Shown piece after piece: positions 33,056 to 46,139 of a DNA stretch of 64,000 bases. Numbering within the stretch: position 1 is the first letter of the stretch; every line of letters begins with the position of its first letter. The stretch spans positions 124,001-188,000 of the forward strand of contig JBODTK010000155.1 in assembly GCA_050613775.1 (NCBI GenBank), in the 5' to 3' direction. The position numbers and the translations under genes are program-made. The stretch is from Neocallimastix sp. 'constans' (Eukaryota). The notes under the pieces were generated by a model. It was not told where the DNA came from and made no database searches. It worked only from the letters and a program-made list of their open reading frames with translations.

Positions 33056-33506
33056 GTTTTATTATTTTTTTTATTTTTTATTTTTTATTCATTTATTTAC
33101 ATCAATATGCGAAAAGAAACATGGCGAATGAAGCTTCATTTGCTGCGCCACTTGGGAGTTATGTAACTCTCCTATTTAAATTAAATTTTAAAAAGAATAA
33201 TTATAATCAAAAAAATATAGGTTAAATTACAATAATCTGTCATATTTAAATATTATAACTTTATTATAGTATTACATATATAATATACTATATAAATATA
33301 AGTTTAAATATATATAAAATTATTTATATAAAAAGTATAAAAAGATAAAAAAATTTCTTAAAATCAGAACAATAAATAATTAAGCAAAATCATAATTATA
33401 TTTTAACAATAACAAATATATATATAGTAATAATAATAATATTAATATTTAAAATAATAAAGAAAAAAAGAAAAAAGAATACTAAAAAGAAAGAGAAAAA
33501 ATAAAA

Positions 33507-34907
33507 ATGAAATTAATTACTGCATTATCTTTACTAGGTTTTACTGTCGTTCTTTCTAAGGCTGGCTTTGTTAGCGTCGAAAATGATGGTAATTTCTACG
33601 AAAATGGAAAACGTTATGTTGTTTGGGGAGCTAACTATTGGCAAGCAATGAATCTAGGTATACTTATGATAAAATAATTAATTTTGTATTACTTGTATTT
33701 TTTAATGAATTAGTATAATATATTAATATATGTTGATTTATTAATTTATTTACTTATAGGTGCTCAAAAAACAGGAAATCGTAATCGTCTTGTAAGAGAT
33801 CTTGATAAAATGAAAACAATGAATATTAATAATCTTCGTATTATTGCTGCTTCTGAAGGTCCTTCAGATTCTCAAAAACCAGTTAATGTTCTTATGCCTG
33901 AACCTGGGGTTTATAATGATGATATGTTCAAGGGTCTTGATTATACTCTTTATCAAATGAAAAAACGTGGAATGAAAGCTGTTATGGTTTTAAATAATTT
34001 CTGGCAATGGAGTGGTGGTTTCTCTCAATATGTTTCATGGGTAAAGAATACTACCATTCCATTACCTCCAGGTTATCCAGAAAATGATCCTCGTGCTCAA
34101 AGTTCATGGGATGAATTCATTAATCATTCTGCTGAATTTTATACTTGCGATGAATGCATTGATATGTGGAAGAAACATATAAAAACTGTAATAAATCGAA
34201 AGAATGTTTACACTGGCAAACGTTATAAAGATGATGATACCATTTTCTCATGGGAATTTGCTAATGAACCAAGACAAAATAATGATGGATCAATGCCTAT
34301 GACTGATGAATTTATTGAAGATATTTCAGGATATATTAAATCTCTTGATAAAAACCATATGGTTACTCTTGGATCTGAAGCACATCCATCATTTGGAAGA
34401 GATGTTTTCCTTCGAGAAAATAATCATAAGAATCTTGATTATACAACTACACATATTTGGGTTCAAAACTGGAATGAGTATGATCCAAAGAATGGTACTG
34501 ATGCTAATTTACAGCATGCAATTGATTATTGTATTAATCATTTAAGAGAAACAGCAGGATGGGCTCTTAAAATCAACAAACCAATTATTTTTGAAGAGTA
34601 TGGTATGGCTCGTGATGGATGGGATGGTCAAGATGAATATGATCCTTCTACTCCAGCAAGTAATCGTCTTAAATATTTTAAAGCTATTTTAAACGAAGTA
34701 TATAAATTAACAGATAAACAAATATTCCAAGGACAAAACTTCTGGGCTTATTCAGGTGAAGGTCGTCCAGCATCAGGAGATAGTCGTGATTTATATCTTG
34801 GAGATCCAGCTCATGAACATCCAGGATGGTATGGAATCTATGATAAAGATAATGATATGATCAATTTCCTTACGAAAATGGGAAAGAAATTCCTAAAACT
34901 TAATTAG
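33507..34907 (+). CDS. Secreted GH5 beta-mannosidase/mannanase (Rhizomucor Man5B / Cellvibrio Man5A type); exons 33507-33657 and 33760-34907
   Basis: Signal peptide MKLITALSLLGFTVVLSKA; GANYWQAMNLG, NNLRIIAASEGP, NNFWQWSGG, WEFANEP (acid/base Glu), IFEEYGMARD (nucleophile Glu), NFWAYSGEGR, GDPAHEHPGWY. The phase-1 GT-AG intron restores frame. Confidence 0.92.
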
Positions 34908-35262
34908 AAGATAAAATAAAAATTAAAAATATCTAAATTGAATATAATTAAATTATATGAAAAACGAAATTAAAAAAAAATCAAAAATATAGTAAAACCC
35001 TATTAAAATATAGATAAATATATATTGCATTGTTTTAATAATATTTGAATAGAAGATTAAATATTATATATATATATTAAAAGTATTATTTCTATTAAAA
35101 GATTTATATGTTTTCATTAAAATTATATAATTTTAAAATAAGAGAAAAGAATGAAATTCGTATAAATCATTATAAAATTACAAAATATGATAATTTAGTT
35201 ACATATTAGATAGTAAATACCATTAATATATTTCATTTGATAGAAATTAGTATTATGTATCT

Positions 35263-35302
<40 letters not shown>

Positions 35303-36064
35303 AAATTTAAAGCTAGTATTTTGTAAATATATATTTTTTATATTTTATAATTAATTTAATAAAAATATAGTTCAAAAATTATTAATTGTTTAGGTTTAAT
35401 TAAATATATTGAAACTATAAATTAAATAAAATAAATAAAATATTAATAAAATAAACTACTTTATTAAAATATAATGATAATTAGTAACTATCTTTAATGA
35501 AATTTTATAATAATAAAATTTTTACATTTTCAGAAGTTATTCTTATTTTAATTTTCTTTGATATTGAAGAAAAATAATGAATTTATTTATCAGTTTTTAT
35601 TTTAAAGCAAAATATAAAACTAATAAAAACTTTTTTCTTCTTTTTTCTTTTTAATAATTATTTTAACAAATAAATATATTATCATAAAGCTTTGTTTTTA
35701 AATTTTTTTTCTGTACTTCTTATAATACATAATTATAATATATTGTTAACCGATATTTAAAATACTTTTTTTTTACTTGTTTATTTAATATAGTGTATTT
35801 TAATAAAAAATAAACATCTCTTCCAAATTAAAAGTTAATATTATAAATAATAAAAAAAAGATATTGTTTAAAATTATATTTTCTTTTTTCCTTTTTAAAA
35901 ATAAATAAAAATTTAAAAAAAAAAAACAGGAAAATGTATAAATATCTAAAATTAAAAATACAAGTATTATTATTTAGTATATTTACGAGAAAATTACTAG
36001 CATCTAAGTACATATCATGCATATATATATATTCTACTTAAGTGATGTAAATATATTCTACTTT

Positions 36065-36416
36065 TACGCATTCTCCAAGGGAGCTAGTATATATTTCATG
36101 GGGTTAGGTTATACTGACCTCCCTTCAAAGGGAAGTAAGGAATCAGAGAAGTACTCCAAGAAAAAGCATTGAAAATTCTCAGAAATAATATGTATGTCAG
36201 AGTGCCAATGCTGAATACTCAGTAAGGCTGTCCAGAAGGGACAAATATGCTTATATGGAAATGTGTGATTTCCTCAATGTATGTCAGAGCTCTATTACTG
36301 AGTACTCAGTAAGGACATCCATTAGGGATATTATCTGCCAATGAAAAATGTTGTGACTATCTCAATATTCCCACTGCCCTTAAGGGGGGCTGAAACTAAG
36401 AGCCGTACGCACCGGA
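36065..36416. other. GC-enriched non-coding island with an internal ~87-bp imperfect tandem duplication; probably the terminal region of a mobile element
   Basis: Units 36191-36277 and 36278-36365 both begin TGTATGTCAGAG, share TACTCAGTAAGG and end CTCAA. Confidence 0.55.
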
Positions 36417-36883
36417 AATAAAGAAAATTAAAAAAAATTGCAAGAAGTTTTTAAATTAGAATTTTAAAGCTAAAATAAAAAAGAATATGATTATAGAAAT
36501 ATATTTTAATATCAAAGAAAAAAAAATAAAATAAATAAAATAAAAAAATACTTTTTTGCTTTATTTACTGATTTTGTGATATTTTTTTTTTATTTTTATT
36601 TATATATTTATTTATTTTTTTTAACTTAATCAATAATTATAATTTATTTATTATTTACTTTTTAATTAATTATAAATTTTAATTAGTATTTATCATTTTA
36701 TTATAGCATGTCTATTTTAATAATAAACAGTTCATTTATAATAAGAAATAATTATATATATTAATTAATACAGAATGACTTTATTTTTTAAATAAAAACA
36801 ATTTTAAGCAATCTTTAAAAAAAAACAAAAATTATAATTTCAATTTTAAATTTTATAATATCAAATATTTTTTAGTTTATTTT

Positions 36884-39690
36884 TGTTAAATATAACATTT
36901 AAAATCATAAGAAATATTTATTTTTTTATTATGTGTTTAGTTATTTATTTATTACTTTTCCATTACTAAAGGCCTTTTCATTTATGAATATTTCAATACA
37001 TGCTATTTATAATCATTTTTCATTTTTCTATAATAGTCTAAAATTATTGGTAATATTTAATGTTACACTGCATTATACTATCGAATAAAAATATTTCACA
37101 CATAATAATATAGTATAATGTTCAATGCAATTAAACAAATAACAACAATATTTAACTATTTAGCAGTACATATTAATGCTTTCAAGCAGTTATTTAATAA
37201 CGAATTAATCCTTTTGGAACGACCATTTTGTTGAGGATTAACAGGTATAGAATGATTAAATGTAATTTCATTTTTTTGAGATAATTTATGAAATTAGAGT
37301 TACTGTATTCTAAACCTTTATCAGATATTACTTCCTTTATGCTGAAATAACAAATATTTTTCAAAGTCTATGAAACTCAATAAACTTCTGATATCCCTCA
37401 GATCTATTTTTAACTAAATTGACTCAGCATTTTCTACTGTAGTCATCGATAAATATTATATAATAATTGTATCCACTAAGTTACACCAGATATTTAAGTG
37501 GTCTAACAATATCAGTATATATGATTTGAAACGATAATGTACTTGCATTTATTTGAATGATTTTTTCTTGATTTTGCTAATTTTTTAACCTTCACAATTT
37601 ATATTATAATTCTTTTCTTCCTTAATGTTGTTGTTTTCTAAAAATTTTTGAATATTTAAATTGTAATAATGACTCAATTTAGCATGTTTCAATGTTAGAT
37701 CAACATTATTTATATTATAGTCTATATCATTTACTAGATTTGTATTTATAGTAAAAAGGTTTTCGACATTTGCACAGGTGATAGTAATAAGTTTATTATT
37801 TCTAAGTATTTGGAGTATTTCTTTATTGTTGCACATTTCCATTAATAATTTTAAACCCTTTTTGCTTAGACAATTAATGGAAATTAAGTTATTATGTATA
37901 TTTGGAGCATAAATCACTTCTCGAATAGAACATGCTCTTTATGTAAATTCTATCAGATTACCCACTTTGGTGTGTAATCCTTCTATTAAAGACTTATTCA
38001 ATGTTTGATGGTGATTTTATATTTTTGGGTTAGTAAATTTCTGTCATACTATTAATGATCTATGACTCTTTATTGTTATCTTCTTTATCATTATTTTTTC
38101 TTTTAAGATTTCGGTCCCTATTTTATTTATATTTATGTTTCTAAGAGTTATTAAAATGTTATTCTATTATAATTATTCTTGATAATATTAGTTGCTATAT
38201 TGAAACAGAAGTTGAATGATAGATCTGAATATGAATTGTCTTGTTCTTCATAATTAATGTTATAAATGATTTGAAGTTTCTTTTATTTCCTTTCCTTCTT
38301 AAAGATGTTATTTTTATTTTTATTTTATTTATTTATTATTATTATTTTTCTTTTCTCCCTTATAGTTATTCTTTGGCGAATTTGATGGGTTGAAAAAATA
38401 GTTATTAGTACTATGCAGATTTTTATAGCAATTGTGGTAGTATTCGTTAGAGTGTGTTTCTTTATTGAAATTATATGAAAGTTTCCCATTTCGGACTCTG
38501 CTAATTTGATCTTCATGTTGATATACTTCTTCCTTAATATCTACCCTTTTAATACTCTTGCTTTTCTTAATTATGATACTTAGTTTTGATATATCTTCTT
38601 TTAAATTTTAAATGCCTTTTCAATATATCGGAAAGTGGATGAAAATACAATTTCGACTTTATTTAATTCTTCTAAAGAGTATAAAACTTTGTTTCTTCAC
38701 TCAGTTCTAATTTATTCCGTAATTTTACCTCATGATTATATTATGAAATAATGAGTTAAGATTATCTATTTACAGCTTAAAATCATCTATTTCGATTTCC
38801 AATTTATTTATTTGCATTTCGATTTCAAATAGTTTAGAATGGTTTTGTTTTTGAAAATCTTTCTTTTAATTTTTTTACCATTAAAAAATGCACTTGTGCA
38901 ATTATTTAAAAAAACTTTTTGTATATTCATTGAAGCTTTTCAATATTATAATCATGATAGTACCTATCATACTTTAAGCGTTTTGTATTGGTGTTTAGAT
39001 ATTTAGTGTTCTTTGATATATAATCACCTAATTCTTCAGGATCAAAGAATAATTTCAAATGTGAATATCATTTTTGAAAATTTTCACTTGTTGCTTTAAA
39101 ATTTTGAATATGAAATTTATTTATTGTATTTGTTTAAGTATTTAAATTTATACTTAAACAGGAACATCATTTATTGTTGTGCTTGATTTATTTGTTGTCT
39201 TTACTATATATATTATTATATATATTATATTTGTTCTATTTTTTGAAGAACTTCCGGTAATAGATGAATTTTCTGATTTAGTTATTTTAATATGATTATT
39301 AATATTTCTTTATTTTAATATTTAATGAATATTTAATATTTTATATATTGAATTTTGATAATAATTGTTAACAAATTATTGAGTCAGTAAAACTCTTAAT
39401 CAGTTAAACATAATACATAAAATCAGAGATGTCATTTTATATTTTGTGTTTATTTATTTATTTTCTTGATTTTACATTAAGAAAGGTCTAGTTAAGAATG
39501 TGTAATTACATGTTATTTATAATCATTTTTCATTTTTTTATAATAATCTAACATTATTGGAAACATTTAACATTACACTGCATTGTACAACCAAATTAGA
39601 AATATTTTACTTTTAATAGTGTAATATAATGTACAATGTAATTAAACACACATCTACTATATATAACAATTTTTAAATTATATGGACATT
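36884..39690 (-). mobile_element. Decayed, internally deleted Ty1/copia LTR retrotransposon (gag remnant, GAG-pre-integrase, integrase core; RT/RNase H missing) between two diverged LTR-like direct repeats
   Basis: Minus-strand remnants: IYAPNIHNNLISI, HAKLSHY (cf. WHxRLGH), IYTDI, YYIIFIDDYSRK, VISDKGLEY, PQQNGRSKRIN. Direct repeats at ~36884-37180 and ~39366-39690 share TATTTATAATCATTTTTCATTTTT and TTACACTGCATT. Confidence 0.8.
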
Positions 39691-40532
39691 AAACTTATTG
39701 GATAATTAAATAATAAAAAATAAAATAAAATTAAAAAAAAAAAAATAAAAAAAAAAAAAAAAATAATAATAATAATAAATAACAATAATAATACTTTTTC
39801 ATTTTATTACTATTATATATTAATAAGTATATTTTAATAGGAAATGAAATCTGATTATTTTAAAATTAAAATTTTCAAAAATCAAATCAAAACAAAAAAA
39901 AAAAAAAAATTTGAAATATTTTATTTTTATGAACAATTCATTACTTTTAATATTGAATCATTTAATTATTTTATTTTATCTTGTTCTATTGATACTTTAC
40001 TTTTCCTTTTTATAACATTTCTCTATTTATTTTATTTTATTGTTTTTCCTGAAATTTAAAATAATGAAAAATTTATTTAATAATATTAATTTGTAAAAAA
40101 AAACATTCAAATAAAATTATTATAAATAAATTATTTAATTATAACTTTATTTTTCAATTTGATTTTATAGATTATTAATTATTTTAATATGAAAATATAA
40201 AAATGATACATTAAAATTCCTTTATTTTCAAAGAATTAAAGAAATAAATTAATAATATCATATTTATGTTATTATTACTAGTTGTATAAATAAATATTAA
40301 AAAATTTAGATAATCTTTGAAGAAACTTACTTTGAAAAAACTTCCATTAAAAAAGCAAGTTATTTTAAAGTATCATACAACCTTATTCTAATTATACATA
40401 ATACAAATTATTCCTAATTTCCGTTTTAATATTAAATCCAAAAAAATTGAACCTTAAAAATCGAATTTTGTAGTTAAAAATATTTATTTATTCATTAATT
40501 ATTAATTTATTTATATATTTTCTTTCTTTTTC

Positions 40533-40563
<31 letters not shown>

Positions 40564-40878
40564 CAAATTTCATAAGCAAAATTTAAATTATTATAAAAAA
40601 TCGAAAAAACTATATGATTATTCATTAAATAATAAAGTTGTAATAATCATATAAATAAAGTGTTAATAATATATATTTTTATTTATGATTTTTATATACT
40701 ATAAATATTTCTTTTTTATCTGTTAAAAAAAAAAAATACAATATTCATATAGTATTATTATTATTTTATTGAAATTCTTCATTTAATGATTTCTTATCAA
40801 CAATTTTTAAAAATATAATTTAATAATATTATAATAAATAATATTTCACGTGATAATATGCATTATTATATCAATTAA

Positions 40879-41589
40879 GGTTATTAATATTGAATGCATA
40901 TCATTTAATAATTTTGTTTAGTTTAGCCTATCCAGTTTTTATCCTGGCGGAAAGTACTAACACACATAAGGTTTCTGGATCGACCCGGAACTACTTCTTG
41001 AGTTTATATGTGGTAATTTTCATTCTCTCATGGTGCTTCTCCTTATAAATGGAAATGGTGTTCGCTCGCCATGGTAAGTATTCCTATTGCTAGACCATAT
41101 AATTGCCTGTGCAGAGAACACTCGATCTGTGAGAGGATTAGTATATATATTCCTTCCTTGATAATGGTTAAAAAGATTATTGAAAAGAAGCTCGTCGCAT
41201 AAAGTGGCTTATAGGGAATGTCTTTCATATTAGTCTTGCTTAGAGTGATTCGCTTCGACGTCGAAATGGTATGGTAATGAATCTAATGAGAGTCTCATAC
41301 GTTTAAAGGAGACACTGGAGGCCCAATTGCCCTCCCCTTTCGTTAATCCCAGTTTAAAAAAAAGTTTTAATGCAATGTTTATTAATGTAAATGTAATATC
41401 TTCAGTGTAACAGTAGATACATAATTTAGGTAAATTAATTATTCTATTATTTAAATAAAACAATTATTAAAGTTCTACTTATTGTAAGAATTAAATAAAA
41501 AATTGAAAAGTTCATATATTTAGTTTAACTTTTATTAAGTTAAACTAAATATATAAACTCCTCTCAGTGATTAATCAGAATTTTTAACA
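40879..41589. mobile_element. Probable solo LTR (alternatively a tRNA-headed SINE-like insert)
   Basis: GC-enriched non-coding block. Termini GGTTA...TAACA are one mismatch from TGTTA...TAACA, and are flanked by ATTAA on both sides (40874-40878, 41590-41594). Confidence 0.5.
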
Positions 41590-42228
41590 ATTAAAAACAA
41601 ATGCTACGTTTTAAAATGAAATTAAATTGTTTATTATCATGCTCTAAATATATATAATAGAATTTTATAAAAATTTCATTATTAAGAAATTGTTGATATT
41701 ATATGGCAATATTTTTTAAAATACTATTAAAAAATAATAAATATGAAAAATTAAATAAATATAAATATATATAATATTATTATTATTATTTTAAATCAAA
41801 AACAATTTAAATTTTTTTTTTTTGTAAAAAAAAAAAAAAAAAAAATTAAAATTATGATATATTAAAAATAAATTATTAAATATTGGTTTAAAATTTTTTT
41901 TAAAATATAGAAAAAAATATTAACATACAAAAATATTATTATAATGAAAAAAAATATGAATATAATAATATATATTATATTTTATATATTAATAAATAAG
42001 TAAATAAGTAATATTTACTATTTAAAATGTTTTTTTTCTTTCTTTTTTTTTTTTTTTTTTTTTTTTTTTTATTTTATTTTATTATTTATTCATATTTATA
42101 ATTACATAATATTAAAATATATTCATTATAATTTATAAACTTTATTTTTAGTATTAATTTTTAATTTTAAATATTTTAAAAATTATAATAAAAATAATAT
42201 AAGATATTCTTTGGTTACACCAAAAAAA

Positions 42229-42263
<35 letters not shown>

Positions 42264-42453
42264 AAAAATAAATAAATAAATAAACGGAATAATAAATTTA
42301 GTAAATATTTACAAAATGAAAAATTAAATTTTAGATGTAATACTTCATTTCATATCATATAAACTACTAAAGTTTTTATGATTTTTTTTATCCCAAAAGA
42401 TATGATAGTAATAAATAAATAAATTAATAATATTAATAAAATAACACTTTCGG

Positions 42454-42505
<52 letters not shown>

Positions 42506-42540
42506 AATGATTTAAATAAATATAAAAAACAAAAAACTTT

Positions 42541-42592
<52 letters not shown>

Positions 42593-43422
42593 ATATATCT
42601 AATTTTTTTATTACAATTTATTATTATTATTATTATTATAACAAATACTATTATTATTATCATATTTTTATTTTAGTTATGGATATTTTTAAACAAAATT
42701 ATATAAGCAATATAGTATATTATTTTAAATAAAAGTATTTATAGTTAAAAGAGAAAATCAAGGAAAATAAAAAATAATAATAATAAAAAAAATAGAAAGA
42801 TATTCGATATAGGAAATTTATATAAAAGATATTTAATATATATATTATATATTTTATTTTTGTTTTATTTCCTAAAAAAAACATAGTATATTAAATAAAT
42901 TTCAATAATTATTTTCCTTATTATTATGTTTATATTCTTTTTAAATATAATATAATATATTAAATTATCTCTAAAAGTTGATTTAAATTCAATATGTTAA
43001 TTGTATTTATGTTTAATGTTTAATTTTATTATTTTCTAAATAATTAAAAATTTAATATAAATAATTAAACTATTTATTATTAATTATTATTATTATTATT
43101 ATTATTATTATTTATCATAATTATTGTTATTTATTATTTATTTTTCTTATTTATTGTTATTTTCTTAGTTTATTATTTTAAAAATAGTTTCAAACGTGGT
43201 ACACTTAAAATATATAATTCCTTATTTTATTTATTTTTTTTATAAATATTTTAAGCCTCAAAAAAATTTTTTTATTATTATTTAAAAAAGGAGATATAAT
43301 ATATAAATAATAATGGAAATTTTATTATTTATTTTAAGCCACCCTATAATTAAAATTGAAATAAAAACATCATAGAAATCTATATTTTATTTTATTTTAT
43401 TTATAAAAAAAAAATAATAAAA

Positions 43423-43661
43423 ATGGTATAATTTAAATTTAAATTTAAAAATTTAAATAATAGATGTTTACAATAAATAAATTAAACTCAATAAACTATA
43501 AAAGTAATTTATTTTACATAAATATCATTTTTTTAAAAATGAAATAAATAATTAAATAAAACAAAACTCAATGTTAATAAATTTTCATATTAAATAAATA
43601 ACAAACACTGTGAAAAAAAAAAAAAAAGTATATAAACAGAAATTTAATTTTTAAAGATTAA

Positions 43662-43728
<67 letters not shown>

Positions 43729-44550
43729 ATAGATAAATAGATAAATAGATAAATAAATAAATAAATAAGAAATAATTATTTTTAAATAAAAAAAAAATAT
43801 TTAATATAAAATAAATAATTCCAGAATTATAGAACTATTAATATAACTCTTTAAATAACTAATATCATAATAATACTATTTTTACCATGCTTTATATATT
43901 TTTGTTATATAAAGTATTATATGTATATGCGTGTATCCTATTATATTGAAATTTTTATACATCTATTATAACTACATTATTTTAAAATAAACTCTACATA
44001 AACAACTTAATCATAAATTTAATAATTTTAACTTTGTTTGTAAATATTAAAAGTTTTAATTATATTTATATATAATTAAAACATTATATATATATACATA
44101 TATCTATATTGCCTATGTATTTTATTAAATTCTAATGAATTATATTATATGAAAATACATATTATTAAAAATATTTTAGGATTATTTTTATTATATATTT
44201 ATTTTATTATTTATTTTATTTATTATTGAGTTAAATTTTAAAATTTTTGGATACTATTAAAATATGTTGATTTATAAATAAATAAATAAATAAATAAATA
44301 AAATGAAATAATATATAAAACTATAATACTAATTATGATCATCAATAATATTGAAAAAATAAAAATAAAATAAAGTATAATAAATAAAATAGAAATAATA
44401 ATAACATGTAAAAATAAAAATTATAATAAAAAGATAAAAGTAAAATAAATTATAAATTTAAAAATAAATTAAATAATTGAAATACTTAAAAATAAATTTA
44501 ATATTTATTAATTATATTTTTTAAATTAATATATATAATGCTTTTTTTTT

Positions 44551-44601
<51 letters not shown>

Positions 44602-46102
44602 TTTTATTTTTTTAATTATTATTATAAAAGTATTCTAAAAAATATTAATAATTTTTAATTCAATAAATAATAGCGCCAAATAAAATAAATATAATATATA
44701 TTTTTAATATTTATATTTAATATTCAATTGTCTTTTTACATAAATTATTTAAAAAAAAAATACTAATACTTATTGAATAGTTCATCATGCTTGGCCCATC
44801 AGCAGAAGAATCTGAAATGATTGCGACAGAACATCTTCACTATCTTGAAAGGTTAGCCAAATTTTCAATTGATTTAAATATATATGGTATTCCAATTGTT
44901 CAGGAAACATTTCAAAAATTAGTTAGTATGACTGGAGCAAGAAGATTTTTACAAAGGGCCGAAGCTTTTGAAAGATTTTTAATTATGCTTTCAAGAAGAA
45001 CTTTGAATTCCAATTATTATTTAAATAGACAATATTATGAAGATATGAATACTCATAATGTTAATATGTATGGCTCTTCAAATTATGACCCTGAATTCAA
45101 TCATAGAGTAAGAAGAATTAATTTAAATCCAAATATTAATATAAGTCTTAATCCAAATAACATACAAATGAATAACCTTAACAGTCATTTTCGTCAATCA
45201 TTTATTTATCAAAGAGGAATACCTCTAAATGAAAATTTAAATAATACTGAAAAGGAAAGTGAAGAAGAAGAAGAAGAAGAAGAAGAGAATGATCATGAAG
45301 AAAGAAATAACATATCATCATCGTCAGTATCAACCTTATCATCTAATAATTCTGAAGATTCTTTATCCATATCCTTGAGAGATGAATATTCTACATATAC
45401 TCTGTCTACACGTCGTCAAAGATCTCGTCATCCAAGCTATGAGAACTATATATCAAGAGTTCAACATTGCGATTTCCAAGGAGTTCCATCACATATATCA
45501 AATGATACAAACAAAAGCATCTATCATGATAATAATTCAGATATAAAAATTAATGAAGAAATATACCAAAGAAATAATCATAATCATGTCTCTAATCAAA
45601 TAACTGATATAAGATCAATGACAATCCCAAACACCACTAATAACAATAATATTATTAGCAACACAAATACTAATATCGTTAATAACAATATTAATGATAA
45701 TAATAATGCTGTTATGAATAGTTTAAACAAAGAGGAATTAAAAATTAATAACACAACTCATAGAAACATCAATATGAAACTCTACGAAAATTTAAATATG
45801 TTAAAACCAGCAACTACTGATGATGATGATATTCAATTAAATGATGTACAACAGAATGAAAGTCATAAAAAAAATGAAAATTCTGAAATTAATATTAATA
45901 ATTCTGAAATAAAAAATATAATAATTACTTCTTCAATGAAACAACAAACCATATACAATAACAATAATATACCCAAAGAAGAAATCACCGAAACAAAAGA
46001 TTCTTCAAGTATTAATACTATCAATATACAATCTGATTCTCCTTTAAATTTAGAAAATGAAAAAAATAATAATTTATCCGAAAATATATTAAAGAATGGT
46101 AT

Positions 46103-46139
<37 letters not shown>

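Noticed and set aside
33507..34907. GH5 gene as a recent bacterial transfer
   Set aside because: It has an intron and its motifs closely match a Mucoromycota enzyme as I recall it, so vertical inheritance is at least as plausible without a tree.
36191..36365. CRISPR-like array or hammerhead ribozyme
   Set aside because: Only two diverged tandem units with no unique spacers, in a eukaryotic context; no CUGAnGA...GAAA core on either strand.
40940..41215. RNase P/MRP RNA (GGAAAGT ... GGCTTA) or an intact tRNA
   Set aside because: The P4 pairing is imperfect, other conserved regions are not found, and no cloverleaf can be folded.
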